Shown here piece after piece: positions 37,177 to 46,985 of a DNA stretch of 47,141 bases. The number at the start of each line of letters is the position of its first letter. Within the stretch, counting starts at the first letter, position 1. The stretch is from Candidatus Calditenuaceae archaeon HR02 (lineage in GTDB: Archaea; Thermoproteota; Nitrososphaeria_A; Caldarchaeales; Calditenuaceae), in NCBI GenBank assembly GCA_002898395.1, contig BEHE01000015.1:1-47141 (forward strand). Direction: 5' to 3'. The position numbers were made by a program, and so were the translations under genes. The notes under the pieces were generated by a model. That model did not search any database. It had not been told where the DNA came from and saw only the letters and a program-made list of their open reading frames with translations.

Positions 37177-37283
37177 CTATTCCGTACCTAAACCACACGA
37201 ATTCTTATTGATAAACGTATCTCGAGTGCCGTAACTCGTATTTCCCTGGTCGGATATAGTATTCTCAAAGTCTTTACACGGTG

Positions 37284-38096
37284 TCAAGTACCGACGACCG
37301 TACCCCTGCCGGCTAACGCCGCTGTAAGAGGGTTCTCGCCAAGCCCACTAGCTATCACGACCCTCCTCACACCACCCAGCACCGCCTCGGCGGCCAGCGC
37401 GAGCTTCCTGTTCATCCCTGGGCCAATCTTCATAGACAGTTCAGACGCCTCACTGGGGGAGATTCTATCCACAACCTTTCCATCCACTATTACGCCCTCG
37501 ACGTCGCTGAGAAAGACAAGCATATCCGCGCCCACTCCTCGAGCGATCCATGAGGCGGCCTGGTCGCCATCGACGTTCAGAATCTCCCCCTCTGTTCCGA
37601 GCGCTAGGGGGGCTATTACTGGGAGATACCCTGCCTGGAGTATCTGGGCTATTAGGAATGCATTTACCGTCTTTATGCTTCCCGTATAACCTCCAGGGAT
37701 TATCCTCTTCCTTCCCCGCTCATCCACGATGATTATCTTCTTCTTCCTCTCAGCTACGAGTAATCCACCATCGACGCCTGAGAGCCCAACTGCTTTACCG
37801 CCATACCGCTGTACAGCCGAGACTATCTCCTTGTTTATCTTCCCGGCCATCGCCATCACATAGACCTCCAGCTCTCTCTCATCTGTGTATCTGCTCCGGA
37901 TTCCCGAGGGCGACATGACTATGGTTGGCGTCACTCCAAGCCTCTTAGAGTACTCTGTCACTATGTCTCCTCCCCCGTGGACGAAGACTATTCCTTGGCC
38001 ACTGCTGCGGGCTAGGCTCTTAGCGATGTTCTCCATGTTGCTCTGGAGGACCCGGCCACCAGCCTTAACAACAGTCACCAAACCGCGCCCCTTCAC
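37284..38096 (-). CDS. lysZ: [LysW]-aminoadipate/glutamate kinase
   Basis: KAGG, VHGGG, GIRSRYT, GGYTG, NVDGD and GMNRK motifs. Confidence 0.93.
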   Translation of the reverse strand: MKGRGLVTVVKAGGRVLQSNMENIAKSLARSSGQGIVFVHGGGDIVTEYSKRLGVTPTIVMSPSGIRSRYTDERELEVYVMAMAGKINKEIVSAVQRYGGKAVGLSGVDGGLLVAERKKKIIIVDERGRKRIIPGGYTGSIKTVNAFLIAQILQAGYLPVIAPLALGTEGEILNVDGDQAASWIARGVGADMLVFLSDVEGVIVDGKVVDRISPSEASELSMKIGPGMNRKLALAAEAVLGGVRRVVIASGLGENPLTAALAGRGTVVGT

Positions 38097-38106
38097 CCCA
38101 ATTTCC

Positions 38107-39162
38107 TCACACAGGGCTTATGGGCAGCATGTTTAACCCCTCCCTCTCGTCCATACCCAACATGATATTCATGCACTGGACCGCCTGACCTGCTGCCCCC
38201 TTCATCAAGTTGTCGATCGCGGCGAACAGGGCTGCCCGCCGCCTGGAGAGCTCGACCGCGAAGCCTATGTCGCAGAAGTTGCTTCCAATCACGTATTTCG
38301 GGTCGGGATACTTGACTGGGCCGGAGCGGACTATGCGTATGAAGGGCTCCTTCCCGTAGTGTCTTGCATATGCCCTCCATATGGTGGTCTCGTCGAGGGA
38401 GTCTGAGAGCCAGACATGAGCCGTCGCCAGTGCACCCCTAACGTTTCCGACAGCATGGGGGACCATGGCTATCTGGAGCCTTTTGCCGCAGAGGAGCGAA
38501 AGCTCCTGCTCGACCTCCGCTACGTGCCTATGCCCCTCTGCCTCATATGGTCTGATTACGTTGGCCCTCTCAGGGTGGTGGCTTCCCTGGCTGGGCTGCC
38601 TCCCCGCCTCACTGCTCCCTACCTTGACGTCCACGGCTATGTGCTCCACATCTATCAACCCCTCCCTCAAGGCAGGGGCCAGAGCAAGTATGGCGGCTGT
38701 AGCGTTACAGCCCGGGCAGGCCACAACCCTAGCGTTCCTAATCTCATCCCTGTGGATCTCGGGTAGACCATAGACACTCTCTGCCAACAGCTCCGGGTCT
38801 CCATGCGTAAACCCATACCATTCCTCATAGAGCCTAGGATCTCTAAGCCTGAAGTCAGGGCTTAAGTCCACAACCCTAACACCGGCCTCAACCAGCCGCC
38901 TAGCCATTGTGTGCGACACACCCGCGGGGACGCTGAGAAAGACCAGCTCGGCCTCCGAGACGATCTTCTCCATGTTGAGTTCGGAGAACTTCATCGTGCC
39001 CAGAACTGAGCGGAGGTTTAGGTGAATAGCTGCTACAGGTTTCCCTGCATACTCGCGCGAGGTAGCTGCAACGACCTCTACACGTGGGTGCATTGCTAGG
39101 AGTCTTAAGGCCTCGCCACCAGTATAGCCGCTCGCACCTATAATAGCAATCCTAGTGGTCAC
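38107..39162 (-). CDS. lysY: [LysW]-aminoadipyl/glutamyl-phosphate reductase
   Basis: GASGYTG, YGLPE, PGCNAT, HHPER and DNLMKGAAGQA motifs. Confidence 0.93.
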   Translation of the reverse strand: MTTRIAIIGASGYTGGEALRLLAMHPRVEVVAATSREYAGKPVAAIHLNLRSVLGTMKFSELNMEKIVSEAELVFLSVPAGVSHTMARRLVEAGVRVVDLSPDFRLRDPRLYEEWYGFTHGDPELLAESVYGLPEIHRDEIRNARVVACPGCNATAAILALAPALREGLIDVEHIAVDVKVGSSEAGRQPSQGSHHPERANVIRPYEAEGHRHVAEVEQELSLLCGKRLQIAMVPHAVGNVRGALATAHVWLSDSLDETTIWRAYARHYGKEPFIRIVRSGPVKYPDPKYVIGSNFCDIGFAVELSRRRAALFAAIDNLMKGAAGQAVQCMNIMLGMDEREGLNMLPISPV

Positions 39163-40004
39163 CGCCTCATCACCGAGACTATATACTTCGCAAGCTCGTC
39201 CGCAACACTTATCCCAGTCGCCTCCATGAAACCCTTAAACTCTGGCACACCGTTCACTTCGTTCAGATAGAGTTGGCCGCTTTTCTTGTCCTCGAGGATG
39301 TCGATCGATATGAACTCGCCCCCAATAATCTTGGCCGCCTGGAGGCTTAGCTCGGCTATCTCACCATTAACCTTGATCGGTTCAGTCTTTCCTCCGAGCG
39401 CTACATTGGCCCGCCACTCGTCCCTAGCGCTCTTCCTGACAACAGCGCCAATCACCTCGCCACCTATCACTATTGTCCTGATGTCCCGCCCATCACTCTC
39501 TATATACTCCTGCACGATGTGGGTCCTCAACTGTTGGCTCTGCATCATCTGCCTGTGCTCTAAGACGCTCCTCCAAGTACTTTTATCCCTCACGAGAGTT
39601 ACGAGCCTACCCCAGCTCCCGATGGGGGGCTTATCAACGAAGGGCTTGGGGAAACGCCTATACGCTACTTCCGCAGACTCTGTGCCCAATACAACCATGC
39701 TCCGAGGAATCCTAAGCCCATGAGCCTTCAGCCTGCTCAGGGTTAGAATCTTGTCGCCGCAGAGCATGAGTGCTGTGGAGCTGTTTATAGCGGTTGCGCC
39801 GGCAGCCTCCCTGATGGCGGCAGAGTAGAGGGCCTTCTGCATTGAGACAACCCTGACTAGGGCGACCTCTGCAGCCGCCTCGCCTATTAGCAGTGGCATA
39901 GTGTTGACGTTAGTGAGTTTGACCTCTACTCCCCTCTGCCTGAAGCTCTCTATCATCAGCTTCTCTTCAAGCCGCGGCATATCGTACAGCAGCTCCACCT
40001 CCAT
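39159..40004 (-). CDS. argX: Glutamate--LysW ligase
   Basis: GSWGR, EWRANVALGG and EVNGVPEFKGF (ArgX-type signature). Confidence 0.85.
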   Translation of the reverse strand: MEVELLYDMPRLEEKLMIESFRQRGVEVKLTNVNTMPLLIGEAAAEVALVRVVSMQKALYSAAIREAAGATAINSSTALMLCGDKILTLSRLKAHGLRIPRSMVVLGTESAEVAYRRFPKPFVDKPPIGSWGRLVTLVRDKSTWRSVLEHRQMMQSQQLRTHIVQEYIESDGRDIRTIVIGGEVIGAVVRKSARDEWRANVALGGKTEPIKVNGEIAELSLQAAKIIGGEFISIDILEDKKSGQLYLNEVNGVPEFKGFMEATGISVADELAKYIVSVMRR

Positions 40005-40141
40005 TCCCTCTTCTACACCCTCCCCGTCTAGATCATCCCTCCGCTAATGCGTGATAATGAGCCTGAATAAAAACCCATACTAAAACTTAAGAAAATTAAG
40101 AATACTGTCACAATTACTAAAGAATCTACAGACACGTCCAC

Positions 40142-40834
40142 TCACCTAATCAGCGGGAAGATGTTAGTGACTATGTAGTCTATAAACTCGGGCTCCGGCA
40201 TCTTTGTGAAGGCGGTTACGACAGCATTTCTCGTTAAGCCTATAATCTTTCCACCAGCTCGCGTGGTGTAGACAATGTACCATATCTTACCGTGGCTGAG
40301 ATATTCCTGGTAGAGTGACGTATCCATGAGCGAGGGGCCGGCAAGGGCGAGCTTATCAACACCAGGTATATCGACTTGGTCAAACCAGATTAGCTTTGTC
40401 CCCTCCGGGTTGGACTCGTGTATCTGCTGCATGTTTTCTGGAGGGATATAGGCCTCGACGATGCTCTTATAGTTGAGGAAGAGGGCGTTCGAAAGGGTTG
40501 TGGCGGCCGAGTTTGCAAAGTGCTTCTCCTGGGCAATTGTCAGGAGTATCTTATCCCCCCTATTCCGAAACTCCACATAAGCCTCAATGGTCTTCACAAT
40601 CGGCAGCTGCTTTCCCCTCTGCTTGATCCTGACAAGCTTATCCCTGCTGAATATCCCCGAGATGTAATCCTTCCCCGCATTAATGTCACGCACATCGGTT
40701 AGCAGCTCAATATCCCTATCCTCCTCCTTAACCAGCTGCCTCTCCCTAAACTCGCCAAGCTTAGCCGCTATCGTGGCTAGAGAAACATCCTCCCTAATCT
40801 CGAAGATCTTAGCAGTAAGTACCATCGACTCCAT
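40142..40834 (-). CDS. Conserved-looking hypothetical protein
   Basis: 230-aa ORF with a TTAAATA box about 25 nt upstream. Confidence 0.75.
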   Translation of the reverse strand: MESMVLTAKIFEIREDVSLATIAAKLGEFRERQLVKEEDRDIELLTDVRDINAGKDYISGIFSRDKLVRIKQRGKQLPIVKTIEAYVEFRNRGDKILLTIAQEKHFANSAATTLSNALFLNYKSIVEAYIPPENMQQIHESNPEGTKLIWFDQVDIPGVDKLALAGPSLMDTSLYQEYLSHGKIWYIVYTTRAGGKIIGLTRNAVVTAFTKMPEPEFIDYIVTNIFPLIR

Positions 40835-40996
40835 GACACACGAGTTACGGCCGTATTTAAGAGATGATGAGCACGCGTTATGCCACGCTGTCTGGTGGGT
40901 TAGATTGAAGGGTAGATATTGAGGGCTATGAGATACTTTTGATAGTGGGGAAGGCGTCCGTCTGTATGAGTCAAACCTCTAGCCAGGCGCTGCGGG

Positions 40997-42790
40997 GTGG
41001 TTGACACAGTGCTCCGAGTCGCAGTCATAGATCTTGACCATTGCCAGCCAACAAAGTGTGGGACACCATGCATAACATTCTGTCCGCCGGTCAGAAATAA
41101 GATAGAGGCAATCAAGATGGGTGAGAATGGGTTTCCAATAATTAACGAGGAACTCTGCATCGGCTGTGGGATATGTGTAGCCAAGTGCCCCTTCGAGGCG
41201 ATAGCCATAGTAAATCTGCCGTCGGAGCTAGGAGGCGACCTCATACACCAGTATGGAGTGAACTCGTTTAGGCTCTATAGGCTCCCATACGCTGAGCCGG
41301 GGACAGTCACGGGGCTTCTCGGAAGAAACGGTATCGGGAAATCCACCGCTCTATCGATTCTGGCAGGACAGCTCAAGCCCAACCTGGGAAAACTCGAAGA
41401 TGGACAAGGCTGGGAGGAGGTTGCTAAGAGGTTTCGGGGCACATTGATTCAAGACTATTTTAAAAGAATGTCGGCCGGGATGCTCCGCGTGACCTACAAG
41501 CCGCAGAACATAACTCAAATCCCCCGAGCGGTGAAGGGCAGGGTCCGCGAGATTCTAACCCGCATCGCAGGCTCTAAGCCGATAAACGATGTCGTAGAGA
41601 GGCTCGAGCTAGAACACCTCCTCGATAGAGAGGTCTCCGCTCTGAGCGGGGGCGAGCTCCAGCGGCTAGCAATTGCAGCGGCTATACTGAGGGGTGGGGA
41701 TTGCTATATTTTCGACGAGCCCTCCAGCTTCCTTGACGTGAGACAGAGGGTAAGGGCGGCATCAGCGATTCGAAGCTTGGTGGGAGAAGGGGCGCGGGTC
41801 TTCGTCGCTGACCATGACCTCTCATTCCTCGACTATGTCTCCGACACCATATTCATCTTCTACGGCGAGCCCGGGGTCTATGGAATAGTCTCGGGCCCCT
41901 ACAGCCTAAGCGAGGGAGTCAATACCTATCTAGAGGGCTACGCACCCCTCGAGAACGTCAGGTTCAGAAGGTATGAAATAGCCTTCTCGTCTCATAGCCC
42001 TCCGGCACCTGACTCTGCGGGGGGACCGTCCATCTACTGGTATCGGATGGCGAAGACGTATGGGTCTTTTAGGCTGGTAGTTGAGGAGGGTAGCGCCAAG
42101 ATGGGAGAGGTGGTGGGGATTGTTGGGCCGAACGGCATAGGCAAATCCACCTTCATCAAGCTTCTAGCAGGGCTTGAGTCGGACGATTCGGGTAACAGGA
42201 TTGAGTATAGGTCGCTCAGCTATAAACCACAGCACCCGGAGCCGAGAGACGAGACAGTCGCCGACGCCCTGAGGAGGGCGGCTGGAAAAGACTTCGACAC
42301 TGAGCTCTATAGGTCGGAACTACTGAGACCCCTCGGCCTCGACAGACTCCTAGATAGAAACATGATGGACCTTAGCGGTGGAGAGCTACAGCGCGTGGCT
42401 ATTGCCGAGACGCTGTCTAAGGAGGCCGCGATCTACCTCTTAGATGAGCCGAGCGCGTTCCTAGACGTAGAGGAGAGATACGTTGTTGCGCGGCTACTTA
42501 AGAGGCTGGCCAGGGAGAAGGGTGCCTACATATTCTTAGTGGAGCATGACTTGATGCTGGTTGACTTCTCCGCTACGAGGCTGATGGTCTTCACGGGAAA
42601 GCCGGGAATCGAGGGACGCGCCCTCCCGCCGATGAGTATGAGGGAGGGTTTCAACAGATTCCTCTCGGAGCTTGGCATAACATTCAGGCGCGACAAGAAA
42701 AGTAATAGGCCCCGCGTAAACAAGCCCGACTCGCGGCTTGATAGGGCCCAGAAGGAGATGGGAGAGTACTACTATGTTGAGGCGGGATAG
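40997..42790 (+). CDS. rli: Ribosome recycling ATPase ABCE1 (RLI)
   Basis: N-terminal 2x[4Fe-4S] (CIGCGICVAKCPF), two NBDs (GRNGIGKST, GPNGIGKST, LSGGELQR), RPRVNK..GEYYY. Confidence 0.96.
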   Translation: MVDTVLRVAVIDLDHCQPTKCGTPCITFCPPVRNKIEAIKMGENGFPIINEELCIGCGICVAKCPFEAIAIVNLPSELGGDLIHQYGVNSFRLYRLPYAEPGTVTGLLGRNGIGKSTALSILAGQLKPNLGKLEDGQGWEEVAKRFRGTLIQDYFKRMSAGMLRVTYKPQNITQIPRAVKGRVREILTRIAGSKPINDVVERLELEHLLDREVSALSGGELQRLAIAAAILRGGDCYIFDEPSSFLDVRQRVRAASAIRSLVGEGARVFVADHDLSFLDYVSDTIFIFYGEPGVYGIVSGPYSLSEGVNTYLEGYAPLENVRFRRYEIAFSSHSPPAPDSAGGPSIYWYRMAKTYGSFRLVVEEGSAKMGEVVGIVGPNGIGKSTFIKLLAGLESDDSGNRIEYRSLSYKPQHPEPRDETVADALRRAAGKDFDTELYRSELLRPLGLDRLLDRNMMDLSGGELQRVAIAETLSKEAAIYLLDEPSAFLDVEERYVVARLLKRLAREKGAYIFLVEHDLMLVDFSATRLMVFTGKPGIEGRALPPMSMREGFNRFLSELGITFRRDKKSNRPRVNKPDSRLDRAQKEMGEYYYVEAG

Positions 42791-42798
42791 GAGACACC

Positions 42799-43215
42799 CT
42801 ATCTCTTCAGCATCACCTCGTGCTGATTTTCCCAGCTATGCCTGACAGCAGCTGCCACCTCGTTACAGGCAACCAACATTAACGCCTTCTCCAGTTTCCG
42901 AAACATCTTAGCCACCTCTCTCTGCCTCATCTTCAGGGCCTTCGCAGCCCTGTCCAAATCGTATCCAATGGGTGTGTAAAACTGGGATAGGTCAACGGGC
43001 GGCTGCGGCTTGTAGTCTCTGACGCGGTAGCACGCCTCAAGCCATGTGGAGGCCTCCTCCTTAGACGCGACATGCCTACTGCTCCAGAGCCTCAAGACGC
43101 CGCTCTTCTGGGGCATTAGCTCACAGACAAGATCGGTTAAAGCCTCCCAAACGATGATGCTCCGTCTATCAGAGAAGGTCAAACCCTCAACGATGCAGAT
43201 AATATAGCTCGTCAT
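42799..43215 (-). CDS. Hypothetical protein
   Basis: 138-aa ORF downstream of the ABC operon. Confidence 0.6.
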   Translation of the reverse strand: MTSYIICIVEGLTFSDRRSIIVWEALTDLVCELMPQKSGVLRLWSSRHVASKEEASTWLEACYRVRDYKPQPPVDLSQFYTPIGYDLDRAAKALKMRQREVAKMFRKLEKALMLVACNEVAAAVRHSWENQHEVMLKR

Positions 43216-43306
43216 ATCGAGGAGGCTCTAAATTGTATCCCAACTTAATTTCAACTTAAAGAGTTTCCCACTCAACTCCAATTTCTCAGATGGCGGAGAG
43301 TAGCCA

Positions 43307-44050
43307 TCATAGTCTGCTTCTAAGCCGTCTAAGGAATTTCTCTGTCCTCTCCTTCTTCGGCCGCTCAAGGACCTCCTTAGCATCACCCTCCTCAACGATT
43401 AAACCTTCGTCTATGAAGACTACCCTATCTGCCGCCGCCTCAGCGAAGTCAAGCTCGTGTGTGACAATGAGCATGGCCCTGCCCTGTTTCGCTACCTGAT
43501 AGAGGGTCTCGACAACCTCGTATCTCAGCTCAGGGTCCAGCGCAGAGGTGGGCTCATCAAGTAGGAGCAGCTTAGGGTCAATTGCCAAGGCCCTAGCTAT
43601 GGCGGCCCTCTGCTGCTGGCCGCCTGAGAGCTCCAGAGGAAACTTTTCAGCTAACTCTCCGAGGCCGAGCACATCTAGGATGGACTGAGCTATCTTCTCT
43701 GCCTCGCGCCTACTCATCCCCTTGCCAAGCTCTAAGGGGAGGGCTACATTTCTAATAACTGTCATGTGGGGGAATAGATTGTACTGCTGGAAGACGAATC
43801 CTGTACTCGCCCTAATTCTCCTTAGGGTGGCTGGGTCAGGGTTAACAACGAGGCCGTTAATGCGAATCTCCCCGCTCCAAGGCCTCACCAGGTATGGTAT
43901 GCACTTTAGGAGGGTGCTCTTACCGGAGCCGCTTGGACCCAGAATAACGACTTTCTCACCCTTCTTAACGCTCAGATTGATGCCTCTTAGGACCTCAATC
44001 CTCCCGTAACCGGCCCTTAACCCGCTAATTTGTAGCAGCTCCCCACTCAA
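43307..44050 (-). CDS. glnQ: Polar amino acid ABC transporter ATPase
   Basis: GPSGSGKST, FQQYNLFPHMT, LSGGQQQR and DEPTSALDPE motifs. Confidence 0.92.
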   Translation of the reverse strand: MSGELLQISGLRAGYGRIEVLRGINLSVKKGEKVVILGPSGSGKSTLLKCIPYLVRPWSGEIRINGLVVNPDPATLRRIRASTGFVFQQYNLFPHMTVIRNVALPLELGKGMSRREAEKIAQSILDVLGLGELAEKFPLELSGGQQQRAAIARALAIDPKLLLLDEPTSALDPELRYEVVETLYQVAKQGRAMLIVTHELDFAEAAADRVVFIDEGLIVEEGDAKEVLERPKKERTEKFLRRLRSRL

Positions 44051-44715
44051 ACTAGCGCCCTCTTATACCCAGGAATAGCATAACGGGTCTCCAGCATCTT
44101 GGAGAACTGAGATGTGGGTAGGCAGATAGCGAGATATATCGCAGCGGCCAGCAAGTAAATCTCGGGCATAAACGTATAGGAGACCATATACTCAGTCCTT
44201 CTAAACAGCTCTGCGACACCAATAATCGAGGCCAGCGACGTATACTTGATGAGGGCTACAAACTCGTTGACTAGGGCAGGCGTGGCAACTCGGATGGCCT
44301 GTGGGAAAATGATGAATCGATAAGTCTGGACAGTTGTCATTCCAAGCGACTCTGCAGCAAGATACTGCTCTTCGGGAATACTCTTAATGGCCGAGCGGAG
44401 AATTTCGGCCTGATAAGCCGCACTATTAAACCCGATCGCTATAACAGAGGCCGTGAAGGCGTCCAGCCTAATGCCTACTGCAGGAAGACCAAAGTAGATA
44501 AAGAATATCTGCACAAGTAGTGGGGTTCCGCGGAAGAATTCAATGTATGAGCGGGAAAACACTGAGAGGGGTTTCGACCCAAAGACCCTAGCCGCAGCCA
44601 AGACCGAGCCTAGAGCCAAGCCGAGAGAGAAGGAGAGAAGCGTCAGCTGCATCGTGACGGGTATGCCCTCCATCAGGTAGGGGAGAATCTGGAACAAAAA
44701 ACGGCTAATGTCCAA
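44047..44715 (-). CDS. glnP: Polar amino acid ABC transporter permease
   Basis: FRGTPLLVQ, AYQAEILR and EAA-like loop. Confidence 0.92.
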   Translation of the reverse strand: MDISRFLFQILPYLMEGIPVTMQLTLLSFSLGLALGSVLAAARVFGSKPLSVFSRSYIEFFRGTPLLVQIFFIYFGLPAVGIRLDAFTASVIAIGFNSAAYQAEILRSAIKSIPEEQYLAAESLGMTTVQTYRFIIFPQAIRVATPALVNEFVALIKYTSLASIIGVAELFRRTEYMVSYTFMPEIYLLAAAIYLAICLPTSQFSKMLETRYAIPGYKRALV

Positions 44716-44729
44716 CTCCTAAATAATTT

Positions 44730-45560
44730 TTACTGCCCAAGCCACTTATTAATTTCTTCCTCGAAAATCCTATTCATCTCACCGGTTGACGTAAGGTCCT
44801 CTATCACCTTATTGACTATGTATTTCAGCTCCTCTTCTCCCTGTGGAATCCCTATAGCGGCGCCACTTAGGCTCCCAATCTTCAAGACTACAGCTAGGTC
44901 TGGGTCGCGGGAAGCGAGCACAGTTGCTATTATGTCGCCCACGATTATCGCGTCGAGGTCGCCTCTCTTAAGCGTCATCACCATCTCGGGGTAGACACGG
45001 TCGTAGGAGACTATGTTAGCCTTTCCCCCCAAGTTCTCTTTGGCCCACTCCTCCTGTATCGTGCCCTGCTGGACGCCGATATTTTTGCCGACCAGCGAGG
45101 ACTCTGAGGTGATTTGGGACGCCTTGCTCTTAAGCACCACGACCGCGGCGTCGTATGCCACATAGTATCCCTTCGAGAAGTCAATCTCCCTTTCACGCTC
45201 CGCCGTGTGATGAAGGTCAGCCAAGATAAGGTCGATCTGCCCGGCCTTCAAGGCCTGAATCAGAGCACCAAACTTCATATCGCGGATCTCAAGCTTGACA
45301 CCGATCTCCCGTGCAATCCTATCAGCAATCACCATGTCTATACCCGCGAAGTTCCCCTTCGCGTCTATGTACTCGAAGGGCGGCCAGTCTGCGCTCGTAC
45401 CGACGATCAGAACTCCTCTACTCTTAATCGTTTCAAGTAGCGACGGCTTAGATGGTGGAGCCATGAGTGAAGAAGCTGCATAAAACCCGCCGGCGCCGAC
45501 AACGATACCAACAACCAGCGCCACTGCAATCCATACTGCACCGACGCTTTTAGCCGCCAT
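44730..45560 (-). CDS. Polar amino acid ABC transporter substrate-binding protein
   Basis: GTSADWPPFEY and GVQQGTIQE motifs, N-terminal TM anchor. Confidence 0.92.
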   Translation of the reverse strand: MAAKSVGAVWIAVALVVGIVVGAGGFYAASSLMAPPSKPSLLETIKSRGVLIVGTSADWPPFEYIDAKGNFAGIDMVIADRIAREIGVKLEIRDMKFGALIQALKAGQIDLILADLHHTAEREREIDFSKGYYVAYDAAVVVLKSKASQITSESSLVGKNIGVQQGTIQEEWAKENLGGKANIVSYDRVYPEMVMTLKRGDLDAIIVGDIIATVLASRDPDLAVVLKIGSLSGAAIGIPQGEEELKYIVNKVIEDLTSTGEMNRIFEEEINKWLGQ

Positions 45561-45713
45561 ATTCGGTTAGAGTAAGGATGTGTTTTATTTAAAGCTTTTT
45601 AGAAGAATACACAATATTTGCTATATTTACAACTTTAGTCTAGGGACTAGTTTAAAGCCTTTAGGAGGACAGAAGGCTACAACCCATATTGCTCTACAAT
45701 AAGAAGATATATA

Positions 45714-46076
45714 TTGTGGGGAAAGGCTGGTATAAGCATGTCGCGTTATAAGGCCCCCGATCTTCCGGCAGAGAAGGTGACCCCGGAGCTGGTTAGAGAC
45801 GAGCTGCTGAAGTGCTTTGAGAGCGCTAATAGGGAGTTCCTGGAGATTTTAGGCCAGCCTTATCAAGACGATGTGCTGAAGCAACAGGTACGCCAGTTCC
45901 TCGAAGGAGTGTTTAAACAGTGTGGTGTAAGCATCGAGAAGCCGACTAAGGAGGGGCTCTTGACGGCGATAGAGGCGTGTAAAGCTAATGCTGAAAAGAT
46001 GATGGGAGAGAAGGGTGTAGCAGTTATCAGACATCACTATGAAGAGATGATGAAGCTGATAAACAAGCTCCGCTGA
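45714..46076 (+). CDS. Hypothetical alpha-helical protein
   Basis: Probable start ATG at 45738, TATATA box upstream. Confidence 0.7.
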   Translation: MWGKAGISMSRYKAPDLPAEKVTPELVRDELLKCFESANREFLEILGQPYQDDVLKQQVRQFLEGVFKQCGVSIEKPTKEGLLTAIEACKANAEKMMGEKGVAVIRHHYEEMMKLINKLR

Positions 46077-46233
46077 GACGCGTCTTACCTATTGAAATCA
46101 TAAAAATACTGGGTTTGGTGACTGGTTCTCTTATACTCCTTTAAGCCAGGAGCTCGGCCTTCACCAGCGCATCTACGAGTTCCTTTATCGGTTCTCGAAT
46201 CTTCTTGACTGGCGTTAATTTGCTCACCCCCAT

Positions 46234-46344
46234 TATCTTCTTGATTTGTTTCTAAGGTTTTGTGTTGCATCTGGGGCATCTGTGTTTATGTATTGTTGAG
46301 ATTTTGAGGAGTATTTAAACCCCCTACCATACGCACCACTACCA
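46234..46344. repeat. Dispersed repeat, copy B (partner 8731..8844)
   Basis: Colinear blocks TATCTTCTT..TGTTGCATCT..TATGTATTGT..TTTTGAGGAGTATTTAAA..CTACCA. Confidence 0.85.
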
Positions 46345-46703
46345 GCGGCTGGATAGTATCTGAGCCTTAACCCCTCAAGCCTTACTTTAAGAATGTCTGA
46401 GGAGTAGTCTTACCCTGATTGGCCTATCCCTGTTTAATAGTAGTTCTGAGGCCTTGGCAGTTATCCTTACCCTAAGCCTGCCTGAGTCGATATCGTATTC
46501 TAGGCTCCCTGATATAGAGGCCGTCCTCGAGTGGAGTCTCGATGACAGCCTTACCGCCTCCGTTAATCATTCCCTCTAGTTCTGGTGTCTTAATCTTGTG
46601 CCTCGGCCCTCCACTGTGGTGTGTTGCTGAGGGCTAGGCCTATTCGGGAATGTAGGGAGAGGTGGCCTAAACCGTATATTAGTGTCGATGGGATGGTATA
46701 GAT

Positions 46704-46919
46704 ATGAGATACTGTGATGTTCATAGGAGAAGAGACGACACCGGCTTCCGGATAACCTATACAATGGATGGTGAAAACTTTAGATACACTGATTCTCCAT
46801 TGGAGATTCCAGTAGGTCCTGGAGATCAGGTATTCGTGGATGTTATACCAGTAGTCCACACGGATGGTTTTATTGGGCTTCTTAGGAGGGGTGTCGAGGT
46901 ATACTGCCTCGCTACGTAG
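46704..46919 (+). mobile_element. Truncated IS110-like (DEDD RuvC) transposase N-terminal fragment
   Basis: MRYCDVH resembles GIDVH, QVFVD the second acidic strand, and LLRRGVEVY the L..xG..V motif; stops after 71 aa. Confidence 0.45.
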
Positions 46920-46985
46920 GTATAGGAGGTCTAGGATAGGTGGGAGGGCCAGGATCAGGGCTAGGGTTGTTGCGCGGCTAAGGTG

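Noticed and set aside
40863-40930. Possible C/D box sRNA (ATGATGA at about 40864)
   Set aside because: No downstream CTGA boxes; the region is better explained as a divergent promoter.
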